In this document: positions 50,630-61,817 of the stretch, piece by piece | Layout of the letters: each line of letters starts with the position of its first letter | Numbering within the stretch: position 1 is the first letter of the stretch | NCBI GenBank assembly: GCA_902570505.1 | Contig: CACFYR010000002.1 | Coordinates: 1,540 to 65,539, forward strand | Direction of reading: 5' to 3' | DNA length: 64,000 nt | Source of the DNA: an uncultured Pelagibacteraceae bacterium | Lineage (GTDB): Bacteria; Pseudomonadota; Alphaproteobacteria; Pelagibacterales; Pelagibacteraceae | Program-made: the position numbers and the translations under genes | The notes under the pieces: model-generated | The model's input: the letters and a program-made list of their open reading frames with translations, nothing else | Databases searched by the model: none | Told to the model about the DNA's origin: nothing

Positions 50630-51643
50630 ATGGGTTCTGTAGTTCAATTAAAAACAAAGATTAACAATTCCTACTTACAATTAAAAAACTTAGTTGATGA
50701 TAAATTAGTTCTGGTAGAAGAAAAAATTAAAGAAAGATTATCAAGTGAGGTTAACCTTGTAGATAAAATGACAGAATACCATGTTAAAACTGGTGGGAAA
50801 CGTTTCAGAGCTCTTTTGACATTAGGAGCGTCGAAACTTTGTAAGTATGATAAAGGTGGAAGAGATATAAATCTGTCTGCATGCGTTGAATTAATTCATG
50901 CAGCTACACTGCTACACGATGATGTTATAGATCATGGTGAAATAAGAAGAGGAAAAAAAACACTTAATAAAATTTGGGGTAACCAATCATCGATTTTAGT
51001 CGGTGATTATTTATTAAGCAGATGCTTCGAGATGATGGTTGAGGACGGAGATTTGGAAATTCTAAAACTATTATCATCAACATCCGCTGAAATATCTCAA
51101 GGTGAAGTTTTGCAACTCCAACATAAGAATGAAATTGATATTTTAGAAGAAACATATTTAAAAATAATTTCTTGGAAAACAGCTTCTTTATTTTCAGCAG
51201 CAACTAAAGTAGGTGCAATATTGTCAGACAAAGATCAAAAAATAAAAGATGCTCTAAGCTCTTATGGAAAAAATTTAGGTCTTACTTTTCAGATAGCTGA
51301 TGATACTTTAGATTATAATTCTGATTTAAAGTTATTTGGAAAAGAAATTGGGAATGATTTTTATGAGGGAAAAATTACTCTACCAATAATATTACTTTAT
51401 CAAAAAGCTAGCCTGGAAGAACGAAAAAATTTAAAATTTATATTCGATAAACACGTAAGAGATGAGAATGACTTTATGAAAGTTATTAATTTAATAAAAA
51501 AACATAACATAATTAACGATTGTTACAATAAAGCAAGTTATTTTATTAATATTGCTTCAAATGCATTAAATATTTTTGAAGATAGTAAAGAAAAGGAAAT
51601 ACTTAAAAACCTAACATACTTTAGTTTAGAAAGAAAATATTAA
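50630..51643 (+). CDS. ispB: Octa/decaprenyl diphosphate synthase
   Basis: GGKRFR, LLHDDVID, RRG, FQIADDTLD, EGKITLP. Confidence 0.9.
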   Translation: MGSVVQLKTKINNSYLQLKNLVDDKLVLVEEKIKERLSSEVNLVDKMTEYHVKTGGKRFRALLTLGASKLCKYDKGGRDINLSACVELIHAATLLHDDVIDHGEIRRGKKTLNKIWGNQSSILVGDYLLSRCFEMMVEDGDLEILKLLSSTSAEISQGEVLQLQHKNEIDILEETYLKIISWKTASLFSAATKVGAILSDKDQKIKDALSSYGKNLGLTFQIADDTLDYNSDLKLFGKEIGNDFYEGKITLPIILLYQKASLEERKNLKFIFDKHVRDENDFMKVINLIKKHNIINDCYNKASYFINIASNALNIFEDSKEKEILKNLTYFSLERKY

Positions 51644-52266
51644 GGACTTAGTAATTTTCTTTCCCAAGTATTTTTTCCCAAATTATTATATTCTAATCTT
51701 TCATGTACTCTATTCTCTCCATCAAGCCAAAATTCTATTTTACTAGGTTTTAGTTTCCATCCTGACCAATAAGAGGGTCTAGGTACTTTTTTTTTGTCTG
51801 GGTATTTTTTTTTAAAATATTCAATATTTTTTATTAGTACATTTCTATCATTTAAAACTTGGCTTTGTTGAGAAGCCCATGCTCCAATTCTACTTCCATA
51901 AGCCCTAGAATTATAATATTCGTCTGCTTCCTCTGGCTCCACAGGATAAATTTTTCCTACAATTCGTATTTGTCTTAACAAACTTTTCCAGTGGAAACAC
52001 ATAGAAGCGTTTGGATTTATTTTAATATCATTACTTTTTTTACTATTTAAGTTTGTGTAAAATACGAATCCATCATCACTATAATCTTTTAAAAGAACCA
52101 TCCTAACTGAGGGTATTGAGAAATTATCAGATGTTGCTAGAGCAACAGCATTTGGATCGTTGATTTCTGATTGTTTTGCTGATTCGTACCACGCCCTAAA
52201 TAAATCTATGGGATTTTCTAAGTCACCGAAGCAAATATTTAGCCCTAACGAGTTTTTTTGATTCAT
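51640..52266 (-). CDS. pdxH: Pyridoxamine 5'-phosphate oxidase
   Basis: RMVLLK, FYTN, GAWASQQS, IEFW, RVHER, LSP end. Confidence 0.95.
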   Translation of the reverse strand: MNQKNSLGLNICFGDLENPIDLFRAWYESAKQSEINDPNAVALATSDNFSIPSVRMVLLKDYSDDGFVFYTNLNSKKSNDIKINPNASMCFHWKSLLRQIRIVGKIYPVEPEEADEYYNSRAYGSRIGAWASQQSQVLNDRNVLIKNIEYFKKKYPDKKKVPRPSYWSGWKLKPSKIEFWLDGENRVHERLEYNNLGKNTWERKLLSP

Positions 52267-52298
52267 AATTTAAACAAAATAATTTATATAATATAATA

Positions 52299-53384
52299 AT
52301 GTCTTTTAACACATTTGGAAAAATATTTCGTTTTACCACCTGGGGTGAGTCACATGGACCCGCTATAGGCTGTGTTGTTGATGGGTGTCCGCCAAATATC
52401 TCAATAAAAGAACAAGATATTCAAATAGAATTAGACAAAAGGAAACCTGGGCAATCAAAATTTACAACACAAAGAAAAGAAGATGATAAAGTACATATAC
52501 TATCTGGAGTTTTTGAGGGAAAAACAACTGGCACACCGATATCCTTAATTATCTATAACAAAGATATGAAATCAAGAGACTATGAAAGTATAAAAAATAA
52601 ATTCAGACCGGGTCATGCTGATTTCACATATTATAAAAAATATGGAATAAGAGATTATAGGGGTGGTGGAAGACAGTCAGCCAGAGAAACCGCCTCTAGA
52701 GTTGCTGCAGGCGCAATTGCTAAAAAAGTTTTAGAAAAGAAATTAGGTAAAAAATTTAAAGTAATTGGAGCAGTTACGCAATTAGGAATTTTAGGATGCA
52801 ATATAAAAAATTGGAACGACAATTTTATAAGAAAAAATCCTTTATTTTGTCCTGATAGATCAATTATAAAATTATGGGAGAAATATTTACTTAGTATAAG
52901 AAAAGCAGGATCTTCATGTGGGGCAGTAATTGAAGTTAGAGCTAAGGGTGTTCCCGTGGGTTTAGGAGCCCCTATATATTCTAAATTAGATATGGATTTA
53001 TCATCAGCGATGATGAGTATTAATGCTGTTAAGGGAGTAAATATAGGTTCTGGGATGAATTCTGCAAAACTGACCGGTGAACAAAATTCAGATGAAATTT
53101 TTAAAAAGGGTAAGAGAACTAATTTTAAATCCAATAATGCGGGGGGGATTTTAGGTGGTATTTCCTCTGGTCAAGAAATTATAGTTTCATTCGCAGTCAA
53201 ACCAACTTCATCAATATTAACCTCTAGAAAAACGATTGATAAATTTGGAAAAAATACATCTATTTCAGTTAAAGGCAGACATGATCCATGTGTTGGCATA
53301 AGAGCAGTTCCAATTGGTGAAGCAATGATGAATTGTGTTTTATTGGATCACTTTTTAATGAATAGCGCTCAATGCAAAAGCTAA
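52299..53384 (+). CDS. aroC: Chorismate synthase
   Basis: [37 protein letters not shown]. Confidence 0.97.
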   Translation: MSFNTFGKIFRFTTWGESHGPAIGCVVDGCPPNISIKEQDIQIELDKRKPGQSKFTTQRKEDDKVHILSGVFEGKTTGTPISLIIYNKDMKSRDYESIKNKFRPGHADFTYYKKYGIRDYRGGGRQSARETASRVAAGAIAKKVLEKKLGKKFKVIGAVTQLGILGCNIKNWNDNFIRKNPLFCPDRSIIKLWEKYLLSIRKAGSSCGAVIEVRAKGVPVGLGAPIYSKLDMDLSSAMMSINAVKGVNIGSGMNSAKLTGEQNSDEIFKKGKRTNFKSNNAGGILGGISSGQEIIVSFAVKPTSSILTSRKTIDKFGKNTSISVKGRHDPCVGIRAVPIGEAMMNCVLLDHFLMNSAQCKS

Positions 53385-55294
53385 TTTGTTTTTTTTAAAA
53401 CAATTTTTGAATTTAATGTATTTAATATTTTTTCAGCAATGCTAATTGAATCCATTCCTGCAATTTTATACATTTCTTCTGGTTTGTCTTGATCAATAAA
53501 TTTATCAGGAAAAATCATAGATCTAAATTTTAAATTATTATCTAGAAGACTCCTATCAGAGAGAAATTGTGAAATATGTGATCCAAAGCCTCCAATTGAA
53601 CCCTCTTCTAAAGTTAAGAGTAATTCATGGTCATTCGCTACTTGCCAAATTAGATTTTCGTCAAGAGGTTTTGCAAATCTTGCATCAATAATGGTTGGTT
53701 TAATACCTTTTTTTTCTAAAATTTTACTTGCTTCTAATGTTTCATTAAGTCTTGCTCCAAAATTAAGTATTGCGATTTTTTTACCTTCTTGAACAATCCT
53801 TCCTTTGCCAATTTTTAATTTTTCATCAATGCTAGGTAGATCAACACCAATTCCATTTCCTCTAGGATATCTAAATGCGCAAGGTCTGTCATTTATATCT
53901 GTTGAAGTATTAATCATTTTTACTAACTCTGCTTCATCACTAGCAGCCATTACAACAAAATTTGGAAGTGTAGATAAATAAGTAATATCAAATGATCCGG
54001 CGTGCGTTGGTCCATCTGCACCAACTAGTCCTGCTCTATCAATTGCAAATCTGACAGGTAAACTTTGAATTGCAACATCATGAACAACCTGGTCATAAGC
54101 TCTTTGAAGGAAAGTAGAGTAAATTGCAGCATAAGGTTTGTAGCCTTCTGTTGCTAAGCCAGCCGCGAATGTGACAGCATGTTGCTCAGCTATACCAACA
54201 TCAAACATTCTATTAGGAAAATTTTTTCCAAATATGTCCATACCAGTTCCTGACGGCATTGCTGCTGTAATTCCAACAATCTTGCTATCTTTTTTTGCAT
54301 GCTCCACTAAAGTGTTTGCAAAAACTTTTGTGTATGATGGTTTGGTAGACTTAGATTTTTCTTGCTGACCGGTATTAACATTAAATTTTGATACACCGTG
54401 ATATTTATCATCTGATTTTTCAGCAAAGCTATATCCTTTACCTTTTTTTGTTTTAACATGTATCATTATTGGGCCTTGATAATTAACATCTCTTGCATTT
54501 TGTAATACGGGCAGTAATGCGTCTATGTCATGTCCATCTATCGGTCCTACATAATAAAAACCCATTGAGTTAAATAATGTTCCTCCGGTGACAGCTGATC
54601 TTAAAAAATCTTCTGCTTTTCCAGCTTTTTTTGAGAATCTTTTTGAGAATGCTGAAATAATTAGCTTTATAGTTTCTCTTAAACTAAAATATATTTTACC
54701 AGATAAAATTTTAGCAAGGTAACTTCTCATTGCTCCAACTGGTTTAGCAATTGACATGTCATTATCATTGAGTATGACAATTATTTTAGTTTTACTTGCT
54801 CCAGCATTATTCATTGCCTCGTATGCCATTCCAGCACTTATTGCACCATCTCCTATAACTGAAACCACATTATTTGATTTTTTTGAAAGCTTATTAGCAA
54901 TGGCTATGCCAAGTCCTGAAGAAATAGATGTTGAGCTATGCGCAGCACCAAATGGATCATACTCACTTTCAGATCTTTTTGTAAAGCCAGATAAGCCCTG
55001 ACCTTTTCTTAAAGTTCTTATTTTTTCTTTCCTTCCCGTTAATATTTTATGAGGATAAGCCTGATGTCCAACATCCCAAATCAATTTATCATTGGGGGTT
55101 TCAAAAACATAATGTAAAGCCACAGTTAATTCTACAACACCTAAGCCTGCACCTAAATGACCTCCTGTCTCTGATACAGCGTTTATCATTTCCTCTCTAA
55201 CTTCTTCCGATAGAAGTTTTAATTCAGATCTATTCAGTTTTTTTAAGTCTGATGGAAAATTGATTTTGTCTAAATATTTATAATTTTTATTCAT
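53381..55294 (-). CDS. dxs: 1-deoxy-D-xylulose-5-phosphate synthase
   Basis: [34 protein letters not shown]. Confidence 0.97.
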   Translation of the reverse strand: MNKNYKYLDKINFPSDLKKLNRSELKLLSEEVREEMINAVSETGGHLGAGLGVVELTVALHYVFETPNDKLIWDVGHQAYPHKILTGRKEKIRTLRKGQGLSGFTKRSESEYDPFGAAHSSTSISSGLGIAIANKLSKKSNNVVSVIGDGAISAGMAYEAMNNAGASKTKIIVILNDNDMSIAKPVGAMRSYLAKILSGKIYFSLRETIKLIISAFSKRFSKKAGKAEDFLRSAVTGGTLFNSMGFYYVGPIDGHDIDALLPVLQNARDVNYQGPIMIHVKTKKGKGYSFAEKSDDKYHGVSKFNVNTGQQEKSKSTKPSYTKVFANTLVEHAKKDSKIVGITAAMPSGTGMDIFGKNFPNRMFDVGIAEQHAVTFAAGLATEGYKPYAAIYSTFLQRAYDQVVHDVAIQSLPVRFAIDRAGLVGADGPTHAGSFDITYLSTLPNFVVMAASDEAELVKMINTSTDINDRPCAFRYPRGNGIGVDLPSIDEKLKIGKGRIVQEGKKIAILNFGARLNETLEASKILEKKGIKPTIIDARFAKPLDENLIWQVANDHELLLTLEEGSIGGFGSHISQFLSDRSLLDNNLKFRSMIFPDKFIDQDKPEEMYKIAGMDSISIAEKILNTLNSKIVLKKTN

Positions 55295-56160
55295 TTACTT
55301 CTAAATAAAACGTAATTTATTGTCTCGTTAACGTCTTCAGCCCTATTTCCAAAACTTTTTAAAAGATTAGAAATTTTATTTTTTAATTTATATGAATAGT
55401 TAATAGTATTTTGATATCCAAGTAAACTTATTAAAGTGGCTTTTCCTTTTTTCTTATCTTTTTTTGTTTTTTTTCCAACTTTTTTAGTATTTCCCTTGTG
55501 ATCAATTAAGTCATCAACTATTTGGAATAACAAACCAATATCCGATCCAATTTTGCTAAATTTTGTATGGTATTTGTTTTTTTTAGATATAATTACTGGA
55601 GCTAAACAACAAAATTGAAACAACATTCCTGTTTTTTTTCTCTGCATGTCAATTACTTTTTGAAATGAAACTTTCTTTTTTTCGTATCTTAAGTCCAGCA
55701 TTTGTCCACCTGCTACGCCTGAATGACCAGCGCAAATTGAAATCAAATTTATTAATTTGTTTTTAATATTGTTTGATATCTTCAATTGTTTTGAACTTAA
55801 AATTTCAAAACCAATTGTTAATAATGAATTGCCAGCAAGTATGGCAGTAGACTCACCAAATTTTTTATGAGTGGATAGTTTTCCTCTTCTTAAATCATCA
55901 TCATCCATACATGGGAGATCATCATGAATTAAGGAGTATGCATGTATACATTCTACGGCTGCGCCAACTTGGATTAAAGTTTTATATTTAATAGAAAATA
56001 TTTTTCCTATATCCACTAATAATTTTGTTCTTATTTTTTTTCCACCAGGTAGTAAGCTATATTTGATTGGAGCCATTAGATCAGATCTTTTTTGTTTTTT
56101 TAAAAAAATTTTCAAAAATGTGTTTGTATCCTTAACAACTTTAGAAATTTTATTTTTCAT
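55291..56160 (-). CDS. ispA: Farnesyl diphosphate synthase
   Basis: [31 protein letters not shown]; xseB-ispA-dxs synteny. Confidence 0.93.
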   Translation of the reverse strand: MKNKISKVVKDTNTFLKIFLKKQKRSDLMAPIKYSLLPGGKKIRTKLLVDIGKIFSIKYKTLIQVGAAVECIHAYSLIHDDLPCMDDDDLRRGKLSTHKKFGESTAILAGNSLLTIGFEILSSKQLKISNNIKNKLINLISICAGHSGVAGGQMLDLRYEKKKVSFQKVIDMQRKKTGMLFQFCCLAPVIISKKNKYHTKFSKIGSDIGLLFQIVDDLIDHKGNTKKVGKKTKKDKKKGKATLISLLGYQNTINYSYKLKNKISNLLKSFGNRAEDVNETINYVLFRSK

Positions 56161-56398
56161 TATTTTTTAATTTTTTTATTTTTTTTTTTGATTTTTCTGA
56201 AATTTCTTTTGATGCTATTTGAAATTTTTTTTGTAGAAAGTTATTGATTTTAAGAATTTTTTGATAATCATCCATTGAACCATTAAGATCTTTTTTATTT
56301 TCTAAATTTTTTATTAAATTATCTACTAATTCAGTAAGCTCTGTTAATGATTTTTTATCAATATCATCTAGAAAATCTTTCACATTCATATTAAACAT
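56150..56398 (-). CDS. xseB: Divergent exodeoxyribonuclease VII small subunit-like protein
   Basis: Size and helical pattern (SL.EL..LV..LE...L..SM..Y) and canonical position upstream of ispA-dxs; sequence is strongly diverged. Confidence 0.6.
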   Translation of the reverse strand: MFNMNVKDFLDDIDKKSLTELTELVDNLIKNLENKKDLNGSMDDYQKILKINNFLQKKFQIASKEISEKSKKKIKKLKNNEK

Positions 56399-56409
56399 TT
56401 AATTAATAC

Positions 56410-57339
56410 ATGAAAATCAGAAATTCCAGTATTAAAAAATCAATACATTTTTTAAAAAAAAATGAATGTATTGGTATACCTACAGAAACTGTTTATGGAT
56501 TGGCAGCGAATGCATACTCAAATAAAGCAGTTTTAAATGTATTTAAACTAAAAAAAAGACCTAAGAACAATCCCCTCATTGTTCATTATCATGACATCAA
56601 GAGATTACAAAAAGACTGTTATACAAATAATAGTTTCTTGAAACTATATAAAAAATTTTGCCCTGGGCCTTTAACTTTTATACTTAAATTAAAGAAAGAA
56701 AACTCAATATCTAGGTATGTAACAAACAATTCAAACAATCTAGCAGTAAGATTTCCCAAACATCCAATTACAAGATTGCTTTTAAAAAAATTAAATTTTC
56801 CCCTTGCGGCGCCAAGTGCAAATAAATCTACCAGTATTAGTCCAGTAACAAGAAAAGATGTAATCGAAGAATTTGGTACAAAAATTAAGTATGTAATAAA
56901 TGGAGGACGTTCAAAAGTTGGTCTCGAATCAACAATAATAGACCTTACAAATAAGCCAAAAATTTTAAGGTTAGGTGGAATAGAAATTGAAAAGATAAGT
57001 GATACTATAAAATTAAATTTAATTTATAGACGAAATAAAAGGAATAAGTACCCTGGTCAAAGCAAACTTCATTATTCTCCTGGAATTCCAATTAGAATGA
57101 ATATTAAACAACCAAAAAAAAATAGTGCCTATTTATTGATCAATAAAAGAAAAAAAAATAATAAAAACTTTTTTTATCTCTCTAAAAATAGAAACTTAAA
57201 GGAGGCTGGTAAAAATTTATATAAAATATTGAGAAATATCAAAAAAAAAAGATATAAATTAATTGAGGTAGAAAAAATTCCAAATATAAGTTTTGGTAAA
57301 GTAATAAATGATAGGTTGTTGAGGGCATCTACAAAATGA
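56410..57339 (+). CDS. tsaC: L-threonylcarbamoyladenylate synthase (Sua5 type)
   Basis: PTETVYGL, KKRPKNNPLI, PGPLT, APSAN, GLESTI, PGQ..LHYSP linker. Confidence 0.93.
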   Translation: MKIRNSSIKKSIHFLKKNECIGIPTETVYGLAANAYSNKAVLNVFKLKKRPKNNPLIVHYHDIKRLQKDCYTNNSFLKLYKKFCPGPLTFILKLKKENSISRYVTNNSNNLAVRFPKHPITRLLLKKLNFPLAAPSANKSTSISPVTRKDVIEEFGTKIKYVINGGRSKVGLESTIIDLTNKPKILRLGGIEIEKISDTIKLNLIYRRNKRNKYPGQSKLHYSPGIPIRMNIKQPKKNSAYLLINKRKKNNKNFFYLSKNRNLKEAGKNLYKILRNIKKKRYKLIEVEKIPNISFGKVINDRLLRASTK

Positions 57340-58058
57340 CTATTGAAATTAAAAATTTAGAAAAAAAATATGAAAATTTTCATGCTGTTAAAAATTTAAA
57401 TTTCATCATAAAACCTGGTTCTATAGTTGGATTATTAGGGCCAAATGGTTGTGGAAAAACAACCACTATTGGCATGATGCTTGGGTTAATAAAACCAACG
57501 AGTGGCAAAGTTATAATTAAAGGCAAAGATGTTGAAAATGAGAGTGATAGAATTAAAATTTTAGAAAAAATGAATTTCATTTCACCTTATGTAGAGCTAC
57601 CAAAAAAACTTACAGTAAAAGAAAATTTAATTGTATATGGAAAAATGTATGATGTAATCAATTTGAATGAAAAAATAGATACACTTATTAAAGATTTAAA
57701 TCTATTTGAATTTAAAAATAGAAAAACTGGAGAACTATCATCAGGTCAAAAAAATAGAGTCTCATTAGCTAAATCTCTTATTAATAGTCCAGAAATTTTA
57801 TTATTAGATGAACCAACAGCTAGTCTCGATCCTGATACAGGAGATTACATAAGAACTTATATCGAAGAATATGCTTTAAAATACAAGACTACTATTCTTT
57901 TAGCATCACATAATATGAATGAAGTTGAGAGATTATGTTCAGAGGTGATGATGATGAAATCGGGTAAAATAATTGATAAAGGTACATGTGAAAGTTTAAT
58001 CAGTAAACATGGCAGGAAAAATCTAGAGCAAACTTTTTTAAAGCTAGTTAGAGAATAA
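57336..58058 (+). CDS. ABC-2 type exporter ATP-binding protein
   Basis: GPNGCGKTT, LSSGQ, LLDEPTASLD, SHNMNEVE. Confidence 0.9.
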   Translation: MTIEIKNLEKKYENFHAVKNLNFIIKPGSIVGLLGPNGCGKTTTIGMMLGLIKPTSGKVIIKGKDVENESDRIKILEKMNFISPYVELPKKLTVKENLIVYGKMYDVINLNEKIDTLIKDLNLFEFKNRKTGELSSGQKNRVSLAKSLINSPEILLLDEPTASLDPDTGDYIRTYIEEYALKYKTTILLASHNMNEVERLCSEVMMMKSGKIIDKGTCESLISKHGRKNLEQTFLKLVRE

Positions 58059-58059
58059 T

Positions 58060-58851
58060 ATGAAGATTAGTAGAATGTATGCATTATCAATTCGTCACCT
58101 TTACTTAATTAAAGGATCCTTTCCAAGAATATTAGATTTAATATATTGGCCAACAATTCAGATTATTTTATGGGGTTTTATTTCAAAATTTTTTACAATG
58201 TATAGTGATTATTACTCAAACACCATTGGTGTAATTCTAAGTTGTGCAATTCTTTATGACTTTCTCTTTAGATCAAGCATTAGCTTTAATATGTTATTCT
58301 TAGAGGAAATTTGGAGTAGAAATTTTACAAATTTATTTGTGGCCCCTTTAAAAGTAAGTGAAATTATAATCGCTTTGACTAGTACAGCTTTGATAAGAAC
58401 CTTGATAGGCATAGTGCCAGCAATATTATTGATGAGTCCGTTATTTGGGGTTTCAATTCTAAATATGGGTCCTGCTTTACTTTTGCTTTTCCTAAGTTTG
58501 TACTTGTTTGGCACAACCTTGGGTATCTTGGTAACATCAGGACTTTTAAGATTTGGCCCAGCTTTTGAAAATACAGCTTGGTCATCATTATTTTTACTTG
58601 CACCATTAGGATGTGTTTATTATCCACTTTCTATTCTTCCAGAATGGTTACAATATATATCAAAATTTTTACCTCTAGTTTATATTTTTGAAGAAGCACG
58701 GTCTATTTTAATAAATAATGTAATAAACTATGACAACATCATCAAAGCTCTAATGCTTAATTTATTTTACTTCGTTGTTGCTGTAATAATATTTTATTTT
58801 TCTTTTTATGGAGCTAGGAAAAAAGGAACACTTGTTAATATGGGCGAATAA
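58060..58851 (+). CDS. ABC-2 type exporter permease
   Basis: About 6 TM segments, FLEEIWSRN, YYPLSILPEWLQ. Confidence 0.88.
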   Translation: MKISRMYALSIRHLYLIKGSFPRILDLIYWPTIQIILWGFISKFFTMYSDYYSNTIGVILSCAILYDFLFRSSISFNMLFLEEIWSRNFTNLFVAPLKVSEIIIALTSTALIRTLIGIVPAILLMSPLFGVSILNMGPALLLLFLSLYLFGTTLGILVTSGLLRFGPAFENTAWSSLFLLAPLGCVYYPLSILPEWLQYISKFLPLVYIFEEARSILINNVINYDNIIKALMLNLFYFVVAVIIFYFSFYGARKKGTLVNMGE

Positions 58852-59679
58852 TTAAATTTTAAGAATTAAGTTAATTAATAAAGTTATATAATAATCTATA
58901 AATTTAAAATGGGTTTTTTTATTTCTCTTAAATAGAGAATCAACATAGCAATGGTATTGTAAACGTCTAGCCCACCATTTTTTATTTTTTTTTTGGTAAT
59001 TTTTTAACGTATCCCCCTTTAAATTTTGATTATAAACAGTTAAATATTTGTCTGATACTACATAATTCTTTTCAAAAAAATAAATATAAATAAATGCTCT
59101 TGCATCGAAAAACATTTGATCAAATAGAGATTTTGAAAATGCAATTTTTGTTAAAAGTTTTACTAAAAAGTCTCTTTTAAATGCCATTGTACTTGTAGGA
59201 CTAAAAAAAGGCCAAGTATGATTTACAAAAATTTTTCTTTTTGGCTTAATTTTCTTCAGAGAAACATTTTTATTATCATATTTGTAAATCGGGTTATCTT
59301 GTAGAAAGACAATTTTAGGATTTAAATTAAAAGTTTTAATAGATTGAGAAATTTTATTTTTTAAAAAATAATCGTCTCCATCAAGTAAAAAAATATATTT
59401 TCCTTTTGATTTTTTTAAGGAAATATAGATCGAGTTTAATTGATTTAATGGTCCTGAATTAAATTTTTTTTTTTTGTTAAAAATGATCTTTATTTTATTA
59501 TTTTTATATTTCCTCAAAATATTTTTTGAGTTATCTGTAGATTTGTCATCAAATATAATTAATTCAATGTTTTTATATGTTTGTTTAATGCAACTATTAA
59601 TACACTTATCTAAGTATTTTTCGTTATTAAAATTATTTACTAAAATAGATACTAAAACATTTTTTTTTCCTATTATCAT
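58852..59679 (-). CDS. Glycosyltransferase family 2
   Basis: VSILVNNFN, FDDKSTD, GKYIFLLDGDD; very AT/Lys-rich. Confidence 0.88.
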   Translation of the reverse strand: MIIGKKNVLVSILVNNFNNEKYLDKCINSCIKQTYKNIELIIFDDKSTDNSKNILRKYKNNKIKIIFNKKKKFNSGPLNQLNSIYISLKKSKGKYIFLLDGDDYFLKNKISQSIKTFNLNPKIVFLQDNPIYKYDNKNVSLKKIKPKRKIFVNHTWPFFSPTSTMAFKRDFLVKLLTKIAFSKSLFDQMFFDARAFIYIYFFEKNYVVSDKYLTVYNQNLKGDTLKNYQKKNKKWWARRLQYHCYVDSLFKRNKKTHFKFIDYYITLLINLILKI

Positions 59680-59736
59680 TATTTGTAAATAATAAACAAA
59701 CTTTCAAATTTTATAAGTCCAATAATATTCATTTGT

Positions 59737-59813
59737 TGGTGCGCCTGCAAGGAGTTGAACCCTGAACCTCCAGAGCCGAAATCTGGCGCTCTATCCAGTT
59801 GAGCTACAAGCGC
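59737..59813 (-). tRNA. tRNA-Arg(UCG)
   Basis: GCGCTTG/CAGGCGC acceptor stem plus ACCA, D-arm GCTCAACTGGATAGAGC, anticodon arm CCAGA-TT-TCG-GC-TCTGG, T-loop TTCAACT. Confidence 0.93.
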
Positions 59814-59900
59814 TTAACTAATATATACGAGTATTTTAAGATTATATCAAATTTTACTTTACTCAAAATGTAGCTAATAATAAAAAAATAAAATTAAATA

Positions 59901-60884
59901 ATGATAAATAACTTAATGAACTTTGAGGTAAATAAAAAAGACATAAACTTCCGTCTTGACGTATTTTTAAACGAAAAAATTAAATATCTTTCAAGATCAA
60001 GGATTAAAAAACTAATTGAGATGAAAAAAGTCAAAATAAACAATGATATCTCCGTATCCTGTTCAAAAAAATTAAAAGAGGGAGATGTGGTTAAAATATC
60101 AATTATTAATACAACTGAAGAAACTATTTTGGCAAAAAATATAAAAATAAATATAATTTTTGAGGATAATGATATTTTGATAGTAAATAAACCTAGTGGT
60201 CTAACTGTGCACCCCGGGGCTGGTAATAAAGATAATACATTAGTAAATGGATTGATTTATTTATATAAAGACAGTCTTTCTGATGTTAATGGTAAAGTTA
60301 GACCTGGAATAGTGCATAGATTAGATAAAGACACTAGTGGATTATTAGTAATCGCAAAAAATAATGAAGCACATTTTAATTTGGCAAAACAATTTGTTAA
60401 AAGAGAAATTAAAAGAGAATATATTGCACTAGTATGGGGCAAACTCAGACCACAACATGGTAGGATTGAAACTCTTTTAACAAGAAGTAAAAAAAATAGA
60501 AAAATGATGGAAATTGGAATTACAAAAGGTAGAAAAGCCGTCACTAATTATAAAACATTGGAAGTATTTGAAAACGAAGAATCTCCAACATTTAGTTTAA
60601 TAGAATGTAAACTGGAAACTGGGAGAACACACCAAATTAGAGTTCATATGAGTTATAAGGGCAATAATATACTCGGTGACAAAACATATAAAAAAAAATT
60701 TAAATCAATAAGAAATGCTGATGATGAGTTAATTTTCCTGATTAAAAATATAAATAGACAATTCTTACACGCAAAGTTAATAGGCCTAAGACATCCAATA
60801 TCAGGTAAATATTTAGAATTTAAGACTAATTTACCCAAAGATCTTAATAATATATTAAAAAAACTAAGAAAAACGCAAAATTAA
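59901..60884 (+). CDS. rluD: 23S rRNA pseudouridine synthase RluD
   Basis: S4 domain, NKPSGLTVHP, VHRLDKDTSG, GRTHQIRVH; upstream of rpoH. Confidence 0.92.
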   Translation: MINNLMNFEVNKKDINFRLDVFLNEKIKYLSRSRIKKLIEMKKVKINNDISVSCSKKLKEGDVVKISIINTTEETILAKNIKINIIFEDNDILIVNKPSGLTVHPGAGNKDNTLVNGLIYLYKDSLSDVNGKVRPGIVHRLDKDTSGLLVIAKNNEAHFNLAKQFVKREIKREYIALVWGKLRPQHGRIETLLTRSKKNRKMMEIGITKGRKAVTNYKTLEVFENEESPTFSLIECKLETGRTHQIRVHMSYKGNNILGDKTYKKKFKSIRNADDELIFLIKNINRQFLHAKLIGLRHPISGKYLEFKTNLPKDLNNILKKLRKTQN

Positions 60885-60926
60885 ATATATTGTAAATTTA
60901 AATAAATTTATTAAATAAATATTACC

Positions 60927-61817
60927 ATGAGAAATTCTACTTACAATTTACCTGCAATATCAAACGAGGCTGGTCTATCGGCGTATTTAACTCAGATAAA
61001 AAAATTTCCAATGCTAGATGCGGAGGAAGAATATATGCTTGCAAAAAATTGGAAATCAACTGGTAATTTAAAATCTGCTGAAAAACTTGTTACAAGCCAT
61101 CTACGTTTGGTAGCAAAGATAGCAATGGGATATAAAGGTTATGGATTACCCTTAAATGAAATGATTTCAGAAGGAAATATTGGTTTAATGCAAGCTGTAA
61201 AAAAATTTGAACCAGAGAAAGGTTTTAGATTAGCTACATATGCTATGTGGTGGATTAAAGCGTCTATTCAAGAATACATATTAAGATCTTGGAGTTTAGT
61301 TAAAATTGGGACTACGACAGCCCAAAAAAAACTATTTTTCAACTTAAAAAAAATAAAAAATCAAATTGCCCCTAAGTCAGAGGGTGATTTAAGAAAAGAC
61401 CATGTAGAGAATATTGCTAAAACTCTTGATGTAAGTGAGGAAGAAGTTGTTTCAATGAATAGAAGGTTATCTGGTAAAGAGCAATCACTAAATTCTCCAA
61501 TAGGTGAAGATGGTGATGAATGGCAAGATTGGGTTGTTGATGATCAAATGGATCAAGAGCTTAAATTCGCGCAACAAGAAGAAATCGAGCAAAGGAAAGA
61601 TCTTTTGCAAAATTCTATTAAAATTTTAAACACTAGAGAAAAAGAAATACTTCATGCTAGAAGATTGTCTGATGATCCCTCTACATTAGAGGATTTAAGT
61701 AAAAAATTTAAAATTAGCAGAGAAAGAATAAGACAAATTGAAAATAAAGCTTTTGAAAAACTACAAAAGCATATGCTTAATGCGGCCAAATCAAAAAATT
61801 TATTACCTGTTAATTAA
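60927..61817 (+). CDS. rpoH: RNA polymerase sigma factor RpoH
   Basis: SHLRLV, YAMWWI, RpoH box [17 protein letters not shown]. Confidence 0.96.
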   Translation: MRNSTYNLPAISNEAGLSAYLTQIKKFPMLDAEEEYMLAKNWKSTGNLKSAEKLVTSHLRLVAKIAMGYKGYGLPLNEMISEGNIGLMQAVKKFEPEKGFRLATYAMWWIKASIQEYILRSWSLVKIGTTTAQKKLFFNLKKIKNQIAPKSEGDLRKDHVENIAKTLDVSEEEVVSMNRRLSGKEQSLNSPIGEDGDEWQDWVVDDQMDQELKFAQQEEIEQRKDLLQNSIKILNTREKEILHARRLSDDPSTLEDLSKKFKISRERIRQIENKAFEKLQKHMLNAAKSKNLLPVN

